Source: Girardia tigrina
Lineage: Eukaryota
DNA length: 61,599 bases
Reading direction: 5' to 3'
Assembly (NCBI GenBank): GCA_001938485.1
Contig: MQRK01245204.1
Span: 18,960 to 80,558, forward strand
Positions 1 through 14,600 of the stretch are shown here, in pieces. A model generated the notes under the pieces. That model ran no database searches and had not been told where the DNA came from. It saw only the letters and a list, made by a program, of their open reading frames with translations. How positions within the stretch are numbered: the stretch's first letter is position 1; each line of letters begins with the position of its first letter. Made by a program: the position numbers and the translations under genes.

Positions 1-5
1 ATATA

Positions 6-45
<40 letters not shown>
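1..45. repeat. (AT)n microsatellite
   Basis: Visible run; similar runs at 11605-11647, 44387-44430 and 56137-56160. Confidence 0.9.
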
Positions 46-52
<7 letters not shown>

Positions 53-528
53 ATTAGATAATATATAATAGATAGAAGAAAATATATAATTAGTGTAATG
101 TTATTTTCTTTTTTCGTGAAAACGTGTTTAATTAATAAAAGATTTTAACGTTCTATTTATTATCAATATATCAGTTTAAAAGCATTTATTATCTACAATT
201 ATTTTAAATATAATACAAATTTTAAATACAATTTAAATACAAAAAATAATTTACAGTATTCAAAATTTTTATTATTATTACGATACATTATTGATAAAAG
301 TTTTAATTTTTATTTTTTTTCGAAAACTGTTTAGAATTGTCAAATCTTTACTTCGCAGAATTTCAAACCGACTTTAAAATTACCAGTTTTTTTTTAATTT
401 ACGTCTCTGGTAACAAAGTTCATTATATTATTTTATAGAATAACTTTTAAAATTAGCACAAACATAATTATCCTTGTCTTGATTATGTTCAAATTCAATT
501 TAATTAATTCTGATTTTAAATTCAATTA

Positions 529-767
529 CAGTAGATACCGCTTAAAGAGAATATTTTTGGGACTTGAAAAAATGTTCTCTATAACCGATATTTCTCTTTA
601 ACAGATACTCTTTTATAAGGATAATTTTTAAAAAAATATAAAAAAACTTTACTAATCAACACATTTATTTTTTAAAAAAAAAGTTCCAAAAGTTAAAAAA
701 AACCAAAAAGTTCTCTTTACCCGATTTTATTCTCTTTAAGCAAGTTATCTATAAGCGAAATCTACTG
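529..767. mobile_element. pogo/Tigger-type MITE
   Basis: Imperfect TIRs CAGTAGATACCGCTTAAAGAGAA / TTATCTATAAGCGAAATCTACTG, flanked by TA on both sides. Confidence 0.8.
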
Positions 768-1120
768 TATTTAAAAATCCATTATTTCCCAATTAATTTC
801 ATTTTAAGTTTTTACTCTAAAATTAAATTTTGATTATTTCTGAAAATAACTTTTTAAAATTAATTAATTATTTTTTAATTATAATTGCTTCGAAAACTTT
901 TGATTTTAAATATTTCCTTATTTTATTCTTTATAAAAATTAATTATTCAAAAATTTAAGTCACAAAAACCCCTAACAGGTACTATTTCTTATTATTTAAT
1001 TCTTTTAATATAAGAAAATAACCATTTGATGCGTTTAAAGATTCTTTTGATTTTTTAGGCTAGATTTGAATTTCATTTTCCGCCATAATACTTAGTTATG
1101 AGCATTGAATCTGTTAATAA

Positions 1121-2077
1121 TTTTAACATAAACATATAAAAAATTATAAAAAATGGAGTGTTACAGTTCAATGTGACAGAACTGTCACAAACATACATTT
1201 CTTTGATACAACAATATTTCAATTTATTTAATATAACTAAGTATAAAAATCCAAATCTTACTGTAATACAAATTTGACTTTAATCTGTTTTCTATTTAAT
1301 TTTGTGTGTTGCAGAAATGAATAATTAATCGTTTAAATAGTAATTATGGAGTTGACTCATGTATTGTGCTCTGGATTACACATTTTTGTAACATTTCAGC
1401 CCAATTAAACCATAGGAAGTGGTTAAAAAATTTGTTGATAAATTCCACCCGAACTAAAGCACAAAGGGAAATATATAATAACGTTATACAAATATATCTG
1501 CAATCAAAAGAAGCAAATACTAAATGTAGATATTTAATGGAAATAAACGTTCCAAAACGACGCTACTCTATAAATAAATTTAATCAACATTTATCTAAAC
1601 AAGTCTCTATCGCTATCCATTATATATCACAACCTTTAGGCAGAAAAACTGCTCACAACACTTTGTAATAATAATAAAACGGTTCAGAAACAAAAATAGT
1701 CGACTAGAAATCGTGTTGTTCCGGCAAAACGTAAGAAATGTCGTCCCAAGGGTGCCGATATAAGCCTTGTTTCAATCGGTTTTGATCCAAATAATGACCT
1801 GGAAATACATTGCATATAAAAGTATCAAAAGATATTCGAAATTTAAATAAAAATCTATTAACAATTCGTAACTCGATATCTTAAAACAACATCAATATTG
1901 TGTAAAACAGTCGCTTTTTGTGAATAATGAAACACGAATTTTTTTATTTATTTTTAACATAAACATATAAAAAATGGAGTGTTACAGTTCAATGTGACAG
2001 AACTGTCACAAACATTCATTTCTATAATACAAAAATATTTCAATTTATTTTATATAACTAAGTAAATAAAATCCAAA
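1121..2077. repeat. ~130-bp direct repeat pair (1121-1255 and 1952-2077) flanking ACLY exon 20
   Basis: Both copies carry AAATGGAGTGTTACAGTTCAATGTGACAGAACTGTCACAAACAT followed by a similar AT-rich tail. Confidence 0.9.
1704..1798 (-). CDS. ACLY: ACLY exon 20 (C-terminus and stop)
   Basis: (G)[30 protein letters not shown]; CAG acceptor ending at 1799. Confidence 0.95.
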
Positions 2078-5000
2078 ATAATCAATTTACCTTTGTGTTT
2101 TTTTCAAAAATATCAACAATAGCACAAATATTTTTATTTTTTAAAGAAATTTGCATGCGCGCACTCTACACAATGTGCTAGATTTAATAGAGAAAAACTG
2201 TCAAATATATCATCCTACCACCAACGCCACCTGTAGGTACTAATAAATCACCAATGTTGCATAGATCGGTGGGTAACAGATATGCAACACAGATTTAAAA
2301 TGTGATATGTTAATAGTTAGATGTCCTGAAAGAGTTACAACGGTTTGTTACAGAAGTGTCACACCATGTTACGAAGGGTTAATTATGACGTACATTGACG
2401 TAAAAAAAAGAAACATTGAATGAACCGTAAAATTTAATATTTCAATTTGTACTTGCAGGACCCACATTTACCGATAAAATATCCCTCCACAGCATAAAGA
2501 GACCGATTACAACGTATTTTTAACGGAATTTAAATTCCTTTATTCAATTCTTTATTCACTTATCCGGAAGTAAAAATCAATTAATCGAACATACAAATTG
2601 ATTAACTGAATATTGATCAATAAACTCAGTTTTTGGTTTGTAAATTAGGCGATGTTGGAATAGGCTGCGGAGGAACAAGAATAACCAACCTACGATTTGC
2701 TGATGACATAGACCTAATCGGCAAAGATGAGGCAGAGATTCAGGAACTCACGAACATATTACACAAAGTGTCAAACAATTTCGGAATGGAAATCAACAGA
2801 CAAAAAATCAAAGTAATGGTTTCAGGAAACCATAACAACGAGGTTAAACTAGAGATTTTTATTGAAGGGAAGAAGCTGGAACAAGTTAAGAGTGGGCTCT
2901 ACTATCACAGAGAATGGGGGAAGTGAAGAAGAAATCAGAAACCGGATTGGTATATCAACAAGCGCAATCATTAAGCTTAGCACAGTTTTTAACCTCAAAG
3001 AAATCCATCTCAAGAGCACATTGAAGATCACTAAGGCTATTGTCTGAGCAACACTCCTCTATGGATGCGAGAGTTGGACAATAAATCAGAAGAGTATGGA
3101 TAGGCTTAAAGCGTTTGAAAGGAAGTGCTACAGGAGAATGCTGAAGATCACTTGGAAAGAAAAAAAGACAAATGACTTTGTTTGGAGGAGTGACAGAAAT
3201 ACTATGTAAAAGACCGGAATCAATAGAAGAGATCATCAAGAGAAGGAAGCTGAAATTCTACGGTCATCAAATAAGAAAACAATCATTAACAAAGGTTATG
3301 ATTGAGGGAAGAGTGGAAGGAGAAAGACCAAGAGGAAGACCAAAGAGGCAATGGATGGACGACTTAAAAGAATGGACTGGACTGAGTATGGAATGTCTGA
3401 GAAAAGAAGCTACAAATAGAAAGATGTGGCGAAGGTTTGCTAAGGTCAAAAGAAGAAGAAATTGTTTTTTGTATAAAAATAAAATGAGGTTATTAAATTT
3501 TTGTGCCTTCACTCTATGAGCAGTTAGTTAATTTTAGTTCACACTCGCTGATCAAAATTTAAAAAGTTTTAAAAATTATTTTGAACTGAAATCAAATTGA
3601 AAGTTTTAAAAATTAATTGAAATGGTAATTAAATATTTTAAATTTGAATTTGAAATTATTCTTCATAAATTCATTTGATTTAAAATATTATTTTAGTAGA
3701 AAAATGAGTGGATTAAAATAGATAAATTATTAATGCTAAAAAATAATAATTTATATTTGAATTTTATTGATATTTGTAAAATTTATTTTTCAAAATTTTA
3801 AATCAATTAAGGACATGATTAAAAAAATTAAATATTTTAAACATAAAAAATTGAATATTAAATATAACGTAATTTCCAAAATTTCAAAAATACTAAACAT
3901 TAATTACACCAAAGCCCCGCTATGCGTCTATTCACTTTTGCGTCGATTGATTTTTTTTATATTTTGCCATATAAAATTTCAGGGAACTTTTCACAGCCAC
4001 GGAAGGAGTTGATAATATTACAATGAAAACGTTCTGGAAAAACTTCACTATATTAGATGGGATTAAACATATTGCAGAATCTTGGAATGAAGTGTCCAAC
4101 AACAGCATGAACGGTTGTTGGCGTAAATTATGGCCGGAATGTGTACATTGCCCATTGGCAAATGACACTATCTCTGCAATTAAAGAGATAGTTGACTTAG
4201 CATCCGCATTGCAAGTTGAAGGAATGAAGGTCGAAGATATAGAAGAACCATTGGATTCTCACAATGAAGAGATGACAACTTCTCAATTAATGGAAATTGA
4301 ATTTCAGACAGCCCACAGTAGTGATTCTGAGGAAAAAATCGAAGATATTGTCGTAGAACAAACGTTAACGACGAAAAGTTTAGCTCAAGCTTTTCAATTA
4401 ATTGATCAAGCTCTGCAGATATTTAATCAAGATGACCCTAATCACGAAAGAAGTTCGAGGGTAAACAGATCAGTTCTGGGTAGCATAAAAATTTGAAATT
4501 TCCTTACATAAAATTATTTTTGTTTTGTAATGACTAAAATCAACAGATTTTATAATTCTTAGAGAAATATATCGAATAATTCTAAAGCAAACAGATCAGT
4601 AAATAATATGCTTAATCAATAAATATAAACTGCTAAAAATGGATTTTAAATAATTATTGTGGGTAAATTAATCCATTCTCCAAACAGATCTGAACAAGTC
4701 TATTCCAGTTCTTAAATAACCAATTGCAATTTTATTTTCAAACGTGGCAAATAACCAAAAGATTAATATCATAAGATTTGTATAATAGATGGAGATTAAT
4801 ATAATAAAAAATGTTTAGATTAAAATTTAATCAATGAAAATAGGAGATTAAAAAATCAATTATGTTGTTGCAAAAGAAATTACAATTTTATTTAACACAA
4901 GTTTATAATAATTTTTTAATAATAATTGTTATAACATTCGAAATCTTATTTTATACTATTTCTAAAAATTTGTTTCAATACTTTAATGTCAATAATTTTG

Positions 5001-8000
5001 CATTTAATAGATGATGAAAGGTGATAAGCACACCACTTTCTTCTACGAGTTCATGCTATGAAGTAATGCAGTACAAAAAGCCCGAAACATTAATGAAGTA
5101 TGTAGCGAAGGAAACGTCAACGAATGCATAAAACAGCGCTGGTAACGAAAGATTCTTTCGGAAAATACCAGCGACGAAGATGAGTCTCTTGGTAGCCTCC
5201 CATTGGCGAATGACAATAACCAATTAAAGATGTTTTTGAAGGTTGATCCAGACAAAACTGCAGTGTTCAAAGGGAACTCCATCAATTGTCACTCGCATTT
5301 TGAAGTAAATCAGCTTCTAAAAAATCTCGAAAAGTTGGTACCCCGCGAATTGAACGAAATTACAAAATACGGTTTTGAAGTATCATCGCCTCTTCTGCAA
5401 CACAACAAAAACGACCTGTTTCTCGACTGAATCGCTACATATGAAAAGTGGTTCCTCTACGAAAAGCAGTGATGTTCGGCTTATTGGTTGGACTACGATC
5501 AAGCTGCCCAAACCAAAGTTGCACCAAAAGGTTTAAATAATGTGGATTATCAGTAGGGATATAAAATAACCACTAATAATACGCACTATTTTACGTATAT
5601 AAATAAATGTAAGATATATGAGTTAGATATATAACTTATGGAAAACATTTTTGATAAACGTTCTTCAATACAGTGAAAGCCACTTAATAGAGTATAAAAA
5701 GACCAAATTCTGTGGGACCGAATCATTTCCTATGTTTCGAATATTAAAGCAGCCGTTTAATAGGACCAGTAAGTCGGTTAATGGGACCACTCATGAAACT
5801 GTTTGACCCTTCAAACAACATGAAAGTCATGAAAAACGTGTTTTAGCGTAGGTCATACACCTACCCCAATCAACATACACACGTAACAAAGAAGTAGGTC
5901 TTGACTGAATTTTGTATTTACTGTATTTGTTCTTATCTCTTTAGCTGCAGAGAGCACCTGCTACATTTGTAGCACACACACACAGGACACAGCAAGAGGA
6001 AAAGTGTCCTGCAAGCAAACGTGCAGTTAGTGGCGGTAGCCCCATACACTTACCATCCCAGGTACGCATGTGTGTGTCGCCTAAATTGACATCAATCTTG
6101 CTAGAGCACAATGGGGAGGTTGCAGACTGGCTGCTGACGAGAGCTGCAGCAAGCTCACACCCTCTTATGAAATCGTCACCACCAACTTCTCTCTTGCAGC
6201 AACTCGAAAAGTGTACTTTGTCAAAAAATAACACCACTTCGCTTAATGAGATCAGTCGGTTAATATGACCAGTTGGGCTTGGGACAAATGTGGTCCTATT
6301 AAGCGGCTTACACTGTATTTAATACGGAATTTATTTTGAATCGATGTAGATAAAACGAGTTTTCTTTTGGTTAACCTTGGGAAACCAAAATTTGAAATCC
6401 CAGTAAGAGTACTGGCCGTGAGAAAAATTATCATTAAGCAAACATGGGTCTGCATTTCTTTTACTGAAACTTAATATTATATTTATCTATAATTCTATCA
6501 AATTCGATTTTTATTTATTCTTGATCGATTCACTGTCTGACATTTTGCTTTATTGGAGTCCAAATATCTGAGAATGTACAACACCAGTACTCGTATAAAA
6601 TATTTTTTCTATCCTTGATCCATTTGCATTTTGGGGTTCATTTTAGGGGTACAAGAGAGTTTAATTGATAATCTTTAAATTTAAAAAAAAAATAAAGCGA
6701 TACATCAAAATTTATGTTATTTAAAATTTCAAATTAATAACGAAATTTCTAAAAATTGAAAAATAAAAATATTAAAAAATGTAAAAAAAATCTTTAAATA
6801 CAAATTTTTAGCTTGTAAAAGATATAGCCAGGTTTAAAAGGGAAAAACCTTTTTACCACGTTTTTCTTAGCTTGGTTTCTTTGGAACAAATCTGTCTGGA
6901 ACAAATCTTGCGATTGATTTTTCGACCACTTTCAGTCATCCAATTGAGCTGAATTTTTTTATACAGGCTTGCTTCCGATGACAATACAATATTTTAAAAC
7001 ATTTACTTTACAGATGTACGGAAAAAATCAATAAATTGAACAAATATTGTGAAAATCAAGTGATAATGAAGTGTAGAAGTATTAAAATTAGGTTTAAAAA
7101 TTATTTTGAAATAAAACTTGCTTTTATTAAAATAAAACTTTGTTATTTTGGTTTCATTATCATTTCTGTTATTCGAAATCAATCGAANNNNNNNNNNNNN
7201 NNNNNNNNNNNNNNNNNNNNNNNNNNNNNNNNNNNNNATAATTTTTTTCTAGACATGTGCGAAATTTTATACCTAACCAAAAACGTGGGGCATAGAAATG
7301 ATCGATTGTTACTAAAAAGCAGTAAAGAGGAAATAGCAGTTACTAATAGCAGTAATCCGCCCCACGTTTTTGGTTAGGTATAAATTTCGCACATGTCTAG
7401 AAAAAAAATTATTTTCCTCTTTTTAGTGCATTGGTAATGCTTGAAAAACGTGGTTGTTTTTATAAAAAAATTTTTTATTAATAATATTATTTTGAATCAC
7501 GTCACTGGGTGATTCAAACGAATATTTACTTTATACATGGTGATATAACTTACTTGGACATTAGTCTTGCGCCGAACACATAATAAAGAAAGTAGTCGAA
7601 AACGATGGACTGTACTTTGAAGATTGATTGTTATTTATATAAAATTAATTCTTGCACAAAAAATGTATTTTTCATTATCGACCGGGAACTTTTAGGTCAA
7701 CCTAATAATAAACCTAATAACACAAAAATTAATGATTTTCTTAAACTAAGCATTTAAATCAAAACTGTATTCAAGCTTTATACAATTTTAATTTTGCTGT
7801 ATGACTTTGAAAATTATGCCCTGTAACGCAGATGATTTAGAAAACATGTTTCCTAACTCCTGGATGGAATTGAACATGTTCCCTATTAGAAACTCCAGTT
7901 TTAGTCACTTTAAATTGAATTCTATATTTTAAATTAAAAAATTCAAATTTTTATTTTTGAAACAAACAATATAAAAAGATTCTATTTAAAAAATTTTTCC

Positions 8001-11000
8001 TTATAATTATTAATTCCAATATTAGATAAATGAAATGGCACAACGTCTTGGGGATGACAAAATATTGTTTATTTTTAAAAGTCAAAATGTTTGGGTCCTA
8101 AATTATTATTACACAAATGAGTTTTGGTTAAATGTTCCAATTTATACAAAATCGTAATATCAAAAGAAGTAGAACTTGATAGTTGCGGAATCTTACCGAT
8201 GAATCCAATGCTTCTTCCCAACACAAAAAGGGCATTTAGTGTGCCAATTTCCACAAACTCATTCGCTTCTTCCCTGAAACGATCAAAAGAATTTTAGATA
8301 GAAAAGTTGGCCAATTTGATTACATTGTAAATGCCCCACAATGACGAAGCAAATCCACCATTGAAACACCGATGAATCCATCGACATTGAGAATCAAATT
8401 CGGTTTCTATAACGTTAGGAAAAATCTAAATACTTGACACGAAATTACAATTTTAAATGTTTGACCTTGGATGTAGTGATTTTCTCCACTTCCAGAGCGT
8501 ACTTTAAAAGAGTGGTTCTTGGAAAATTTTGAAGCACGTATTTTTTCAATATTTCAACTCGCTGGTCGGGATTATTGAGAGATTTTACTCTGTGCCCGAT
8601 GCCCATAATTAGCTTTCCATCTTTTCGAGTTTGGTTGACAAAATCCATAGGAGAGAGATTGGAATCATACGCTTTACTAAACTGTTTAGCGGCAGAATCC
8701 AAAGCGCCTCCAAATCTTTCACCCTTTAAAAATTTTTATTATAAATTCCAGCACTACAAAGCAGACATACGATAGTAAGTAATCCAGATGTGAGACTGGA
8801 AATGAGATCCTTGCCGGCCCTGGCGCAAACAATGGTGTTATGGGCCCCAGATACTGCAGGCCCGTGATCAGCGGTAACCATCAAACACATCTCAATAAAT
8901 TTGCACCCATAGGCAGGCAAACTGTCACATGAAATTCGATAAATTAAATTATTAAAAATTTAAAGAAAGAGCCATAATTATATGTGGGTCAATAATTTCA
9001 ATTTGTTTTACTTTGTGAAGGTTTGGTTTCATTATTGGTTGTGGTTTATCAAGAAATGTACCAATCAGACGAATTTCAGAGCGTTACTCGTTTTCTGCTT
9101 TTGTAGAAAGATCAAGAAGAATGAGAAAGTGTCAGTTTGAAAACACATTTGGAAGTGAAGCTTTGTGATAAGGTCACTAATAATGGTTTTATGACAAAGG
9201 TGTGTTTAGAAGTGAACTAGGTCAAGAAATGGATGAAGGGAAACTTAAAGATTTAGAGAATATTGTGAAAGAGAGCTTCCAAGAAGCCTCCATATTAGTA
9301 AAGCTGCATAGAAAATATTCGAAGAAATTGAAGTAATAAAATTTATCTGGCGATTCGTTCACTCTGAAAATAAATATTCGAGATAAGCAAATGTAAGCAT
9401 GTGAAAAGATCTTATCTTGTTTAATGCTCTTGTGCGAAACTTTTTTTTAACAATTTTATTATAAAGCCGAAAAATCGAATGTAAAAATTATAAAGCTTCC
9501 TTTATCATCGATAGAAATCAATAAACAAATATATGGAGCTCTAATAGTTCACCGGGAACCACCACGCACATTTCCGTCGATACACCGGATTGAATCAATA
9601 AATGAATGAGAAAAGAAGACATTATTCAAAGGAAAATTTTATGGAAACAAATACGCTTGCTGACTCAATATTCTTCTATAAAAAAACTGTTTATTAACAC
9701 AAAATCTATTTGTTTTGATTTTAATTTTTTAAGTCTCATTTATTTTTTCTTCAAATTACGCGAGAGCAATAAAATTCGGATTTACAACTTAATGAGTTAA
9801 AAATTCGATTGAGATTTTAATGAGAAATTAATGGGCACACAAAATGCATTGGAAAAAGAAATATAAATCACCGAGATCATCGACTGGAATAGAATAGGGG
9901 CTATTGTAACTGTGAGACCGACTAGGCAATGATATAGTTAAACTGGTGATTTTTTGCTCTTATAGACGATGGAATGGATTCACCGAACTCAATATCGAAT
10001 TTTCGGTGAAACTGGTGGACATTTACTCAAATTATTCATGAAATGTTGACAGTGTTTATCGAGAAAATGTATTTAAGAAAACAGCTCTTTTTAAGAGGAT
10101 CAAGTATTTCAATCCAAGTTGTGAAAACTGCAAGGATGGCGCGAATTCATTAAGACTGTTGACTTCTTTTGTGAATGAAAACTAAAAACATGAGTAGTCG
10201 CTTATTCTTTCCCGTCGTGATTCCCTATACTAATGATTGCTGGTAAATTACATTTTCAGAAAATAATATGTGGACATATTTCTAACAAAACACTTCAGAT
10301 TGAGAAAATTGTCTGCAATAATTCCAACAAAATTGCTGCAGCTGGATCAAAAGAAAAAAACGACTGAAAATAGCATCATATAGAAAAACTACTTTAAAAC
10401 AAACAGTTTTCTTCACATGAATATTTACGAGTACGAAATAGAGCTGGAAATCACAGGACCGGAAATAAGAAGCAAAAGAATAACCGCGGTCCAAAATATC
10501 GAAATTCAATGTCACGCTGCTATTTTTTTCAATATACATGGCGTTTTGTATCACGGATTTCTACTTGATGGATAAGCAGTGAATGATGCATTATACTTAG
10601 ATGTTATTCACACAACTGAAGGATCGTGTGTCATGTGAGACATAGTTTGCATGATAGTTATGGTTGGTTTAGATGTCACAAATGCAGCCGCTCATTCTGT
10701 AAACTAGATCACTTTCTCTTTTCGTAAAACTTAACTCTGCAATTCTTTATTCACAAAATGCACGAGGGCCGTTTTATTGTGACACTCAGATTTCGTGGAA
10801 ACGAAAGAACGTGAAACGACGAGGCAGGTGAAGAGCTTGACATGTGATAAGTTTCATAGATGTATGGAAAAATGGAAACAAGGATAGGACAATAAAAAAA
10901 GGAATATTTTGAATGTGATAATAATAATGTGATGTTCATTAAATTTGGTAAAATAAACTTATTGTTACATTAGTTTGCATATTTATTGAGCAGATAACGT

Positions 11001-11602
11001 ATATAGTCAATCTACATTAGAGATACATGATTTTTTTACAAGCTTTTATTACGTTTCATTTGTTTGTCTGTCTGGATGCATCAAATCTTGCGATCGAAAA
11101 TTCACCCACTTCCCGTTCACCTAGCGACATGAAACTTTCAGGACTGATGTATTCTAGGGGACAATACACTTTTTCATTGTCACTGCTCATCTACCGCCTT
11201 TAGTTTGGCCGCAAAAAGTAATTAAAGTGTCGTTCTCATGTTTTCCTCAGTAGTAGGCCTTGAAATTTGCTACATCTAAATGCAAATAGAAAGCGGGTTT
11301 TCGCCTAGTAGGCTTTGATAATTCAGTCAAAAAAATGTGGGAAGTGGGTGAAATAGATACAGAACCGCAAACATGACAAATTATAAAAGCTTGTACACCA
11401 AAAATTTTTTTGGTATGATTATACTTAATGTTTTCTTACTGATATGTCATATTGCAGTAGATATTAATCTTTTGAGTTACTTTGTACAGCTGATGGTCTG
11501 ATCATGGCTTTCGATCATTGAATAAGTTCGTTCGAGATCTAATACATAAATTACTTTTATCCATGATTTATTTTTTTCATGAATCCAATCTACGTCGGAA
11601 GT

Positions 11603-11648
<46 letters not shown>

Positions 11649-14600
11649 TCACAGATACATGTGTTATTTTCTTCGATAATGTTTTGCTTCTTGTACAAGA
11701 ACTGTATATATAATGATTATTTTGAAAAGTTAATTTGCCCATTTACTTACCTGGTTTGCTTGTTATAAACAATGTTTAATTGCTGCATTATTTATATTAG
11801 TGTATCAATCTAAGGACTTTACCCACACACGTAATTGATATCACTTCTTCCAAGATGGTTTATTTATTAATAAATTAAGAGACCAACAATCGCGTGGCAA
11901 AAATCCAAAGCAATAATTAGAATCAAATGAATATACTTTCTCAATGATTTTATTAAAAATATAATATATTCAATATATGATCAGCAATTTAAATTTTAAG
12001 AAGTTGAAAAATGGAACATAATAAGTTTTAATATTACTTACGGATAATAATAATTTCTAATCTTACCGTTTCTGAAACCAAAGTAATCCCAGGACTCCAC
12101 CGATTCCAAAATCGCCCTCCATAATGTTACTGATAGGGACACCGGCATATAACAACTCAGAGCCCCTTTCATCGCAAATAGAAGTCATAAATGAAGCTGG
12201 CTTTCTGATAATTCCTAACTCCTGATTAAATGATGATCAATAATCCAAATTGTATCTTCAATGATAAAGTACTCGAGCCCAAGAATAATCCATGGGAACT
12301 GTTGGTGGAGGAACTTCAGGATGTTCAACAATAACTCCTTCAGAAACAAGTCTCTCATATTCTTCCCTAATAAAGACCATTATTTAAGCAGACCAAAATG
12401 AATGTTTAACCTCAATTTTAAACCCAAATCGTCAAAAGAGTCCGGAACAATAGCTCCCGCTTCCTTAAATGCTTTATTCTTCATCATCGCTGTCTCTTCT
12501 TCTACATTGGCACATGAACCAGCATGTCCAAATTGTACATTTGTTGTGAAATATGATGCACAAGTTCCGATGCACCAAGCAATAATTGGTTTTGTAACTA
12601 AACCCGTTTTTATCGCCCTAATAACATCATATTCATCTTTTCCTCCAACCTTCATCATTCGATTATAACATTGTCTCAAAATAAAGTTAGATGTACTTCT
12701 CCCAAGATGACTATTATTTTGACATTTTCGTCGTACTGATATTTCATGATGAAATCAATAAAAACACTTCCAGGATATCTGTCTCCTCCTATCGCAACTC
12801 CATCATAAACACCATCGGTATTGATTGAAATTATATTATTTAATTCATTCGACATTCCTCCAGATTTTGACACGTAAGCGACACTAATATTTTAACTTAA
12901 TTTCAATGGTGCAAAGAAATAATTTAACAACCTTCCCGGGCGATATAACTTCGAAGAAAGTATATTGTCCATCATTCCACCGGTATTTCCGATTTTGAAA
13001 CATCCGGGTTTAATTCCACCGACAGTCGCTGGACCAATTATGACAACTTTCTTTTCTTTGGCAAGTTTGTTCATTTTTCTGGTTAGATTTTCTGGAATTC
13101 CTTCCGCGATAACAGAAATGCAACGAATTTGTGGAAAGTCATTAAGCACTTCGACTGCACTGTCATATGCCGATCGAAGACTCGCAAAAGTTATCAAAAC
13201 AGATGCATCAGGATGTTGACTCATGCATTTAGACATTTTTTTATAGACCGGAATTAAAATTTCCTTGTGTCCAAAATAGAATTTTTGTCTATGATCATCA
13301 CTACAATTCGAAATTTTAAAAATAATTAACAATATCAAATTAATTAGTTTCAGAAAAATAATAACGATCAAAAAATACAAGAAAAATTAAAATTATTTAA
13401 TTTAATTATTAATTTTCCTCATTAATTTAGATTTAAATAATAAAACTAATTTAGAGTTTTATTTTATATTTAAAAGTATTTTTCTGTTTTGCAAAAAATA
13501 TTGAAATTTGATGCACTAAAATTACACAAGTAAGAGCAAAGACCACGCAAAAATCACTCAATACAAATAAATACTAGTATTTCTTTATTTTTTGTTTATT
13601 ATTTAAATTTTCATGAAAAAAAATATAAAAATACTGTTAAAAATAGAAAGTAACTGTATATTTTAGATTTATTTATTTTTAACAAAAAAAATAGAAAATA
13701 TGGCATACAATGATTGTTAAGCAATATTTTGACATTGTCTAAATATATAATTTTGAGCAAAATCGAATGATTATGCACCTTTGTATTCAATTTGACTTTT
13801 ATGTAAATGAAACCACCAATCTTTGGTCATTCAAAATTCGTTATTTCAGTCAGTGACAGTAATTAACTTTTGTACTACGTGCTAAATTTTCCGTTTGAAT
13901 TTTTACATTGTCTCATTTTTAGAGAGTATTTAGAAAAAATAGGTAATTTTAATAAACAACACAATGTCATAATTTTAAAATTTTTCATTAAGTACTTTAA
14001 ATATATTTTGATTTTTGTCTCAATAAATATGATATACTTCGTCATTATTTATCGTAAAAACTATTGGTGTTCAGAAGTCTCGTAAACCGCCGCAATAATT
14101 ACCCATGGAATAGTTTACTTCCGTTGACTAAAAGTCATTATCAAATACTGACGATTTAAATAGACATATTGTCTTTACACTACACTTGCTGGGTCTCCCC
14201 TGATGGTGATCACTGTGAAACCATTCATGTTGTGAAGCGCAGCCAGTTTGACAGAAAAATCATGTCTGTCATCGCAGTGTCCTTCACTGGAAAATATCAT
14301 TGCGAACTGCTGCAGGAGAGAGAAAGCATAAATAGCGAGCGTTATGTCACTTTTCTTGTTAATATGGAGAAGTTTAGTCGACATGTGTTTCCACTTAACT
14401 GGAGAAACATGATTTTCGTGCAAGATAACGCGAGGCCTCATGTTTCCAAAGTGACATCCATGTTTCTCGCAAACAAGAATGCTACCTTGCTCCGTCAATC
14501 ACCATATTCCCCTGATTATAACATCTTGGATCGCTTTATTCACCCTTACTTGGAAAATCAGCGACACAAAACCAATTTTCAATCTACAGATGAGTTACAT

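Noticed and set aside
1153-1175. TGGAGTGTTACA resemblance to miR-122
   Set aside because: Only a short 5' match; miR-122 is a vertebrate miRNA and the rest does not fit.
8575-13219. Plus-strand ORFs 8575-8775, 12402-12668 and 12965-13219
   Set aside because: Antisense shadows of ACLY exons.
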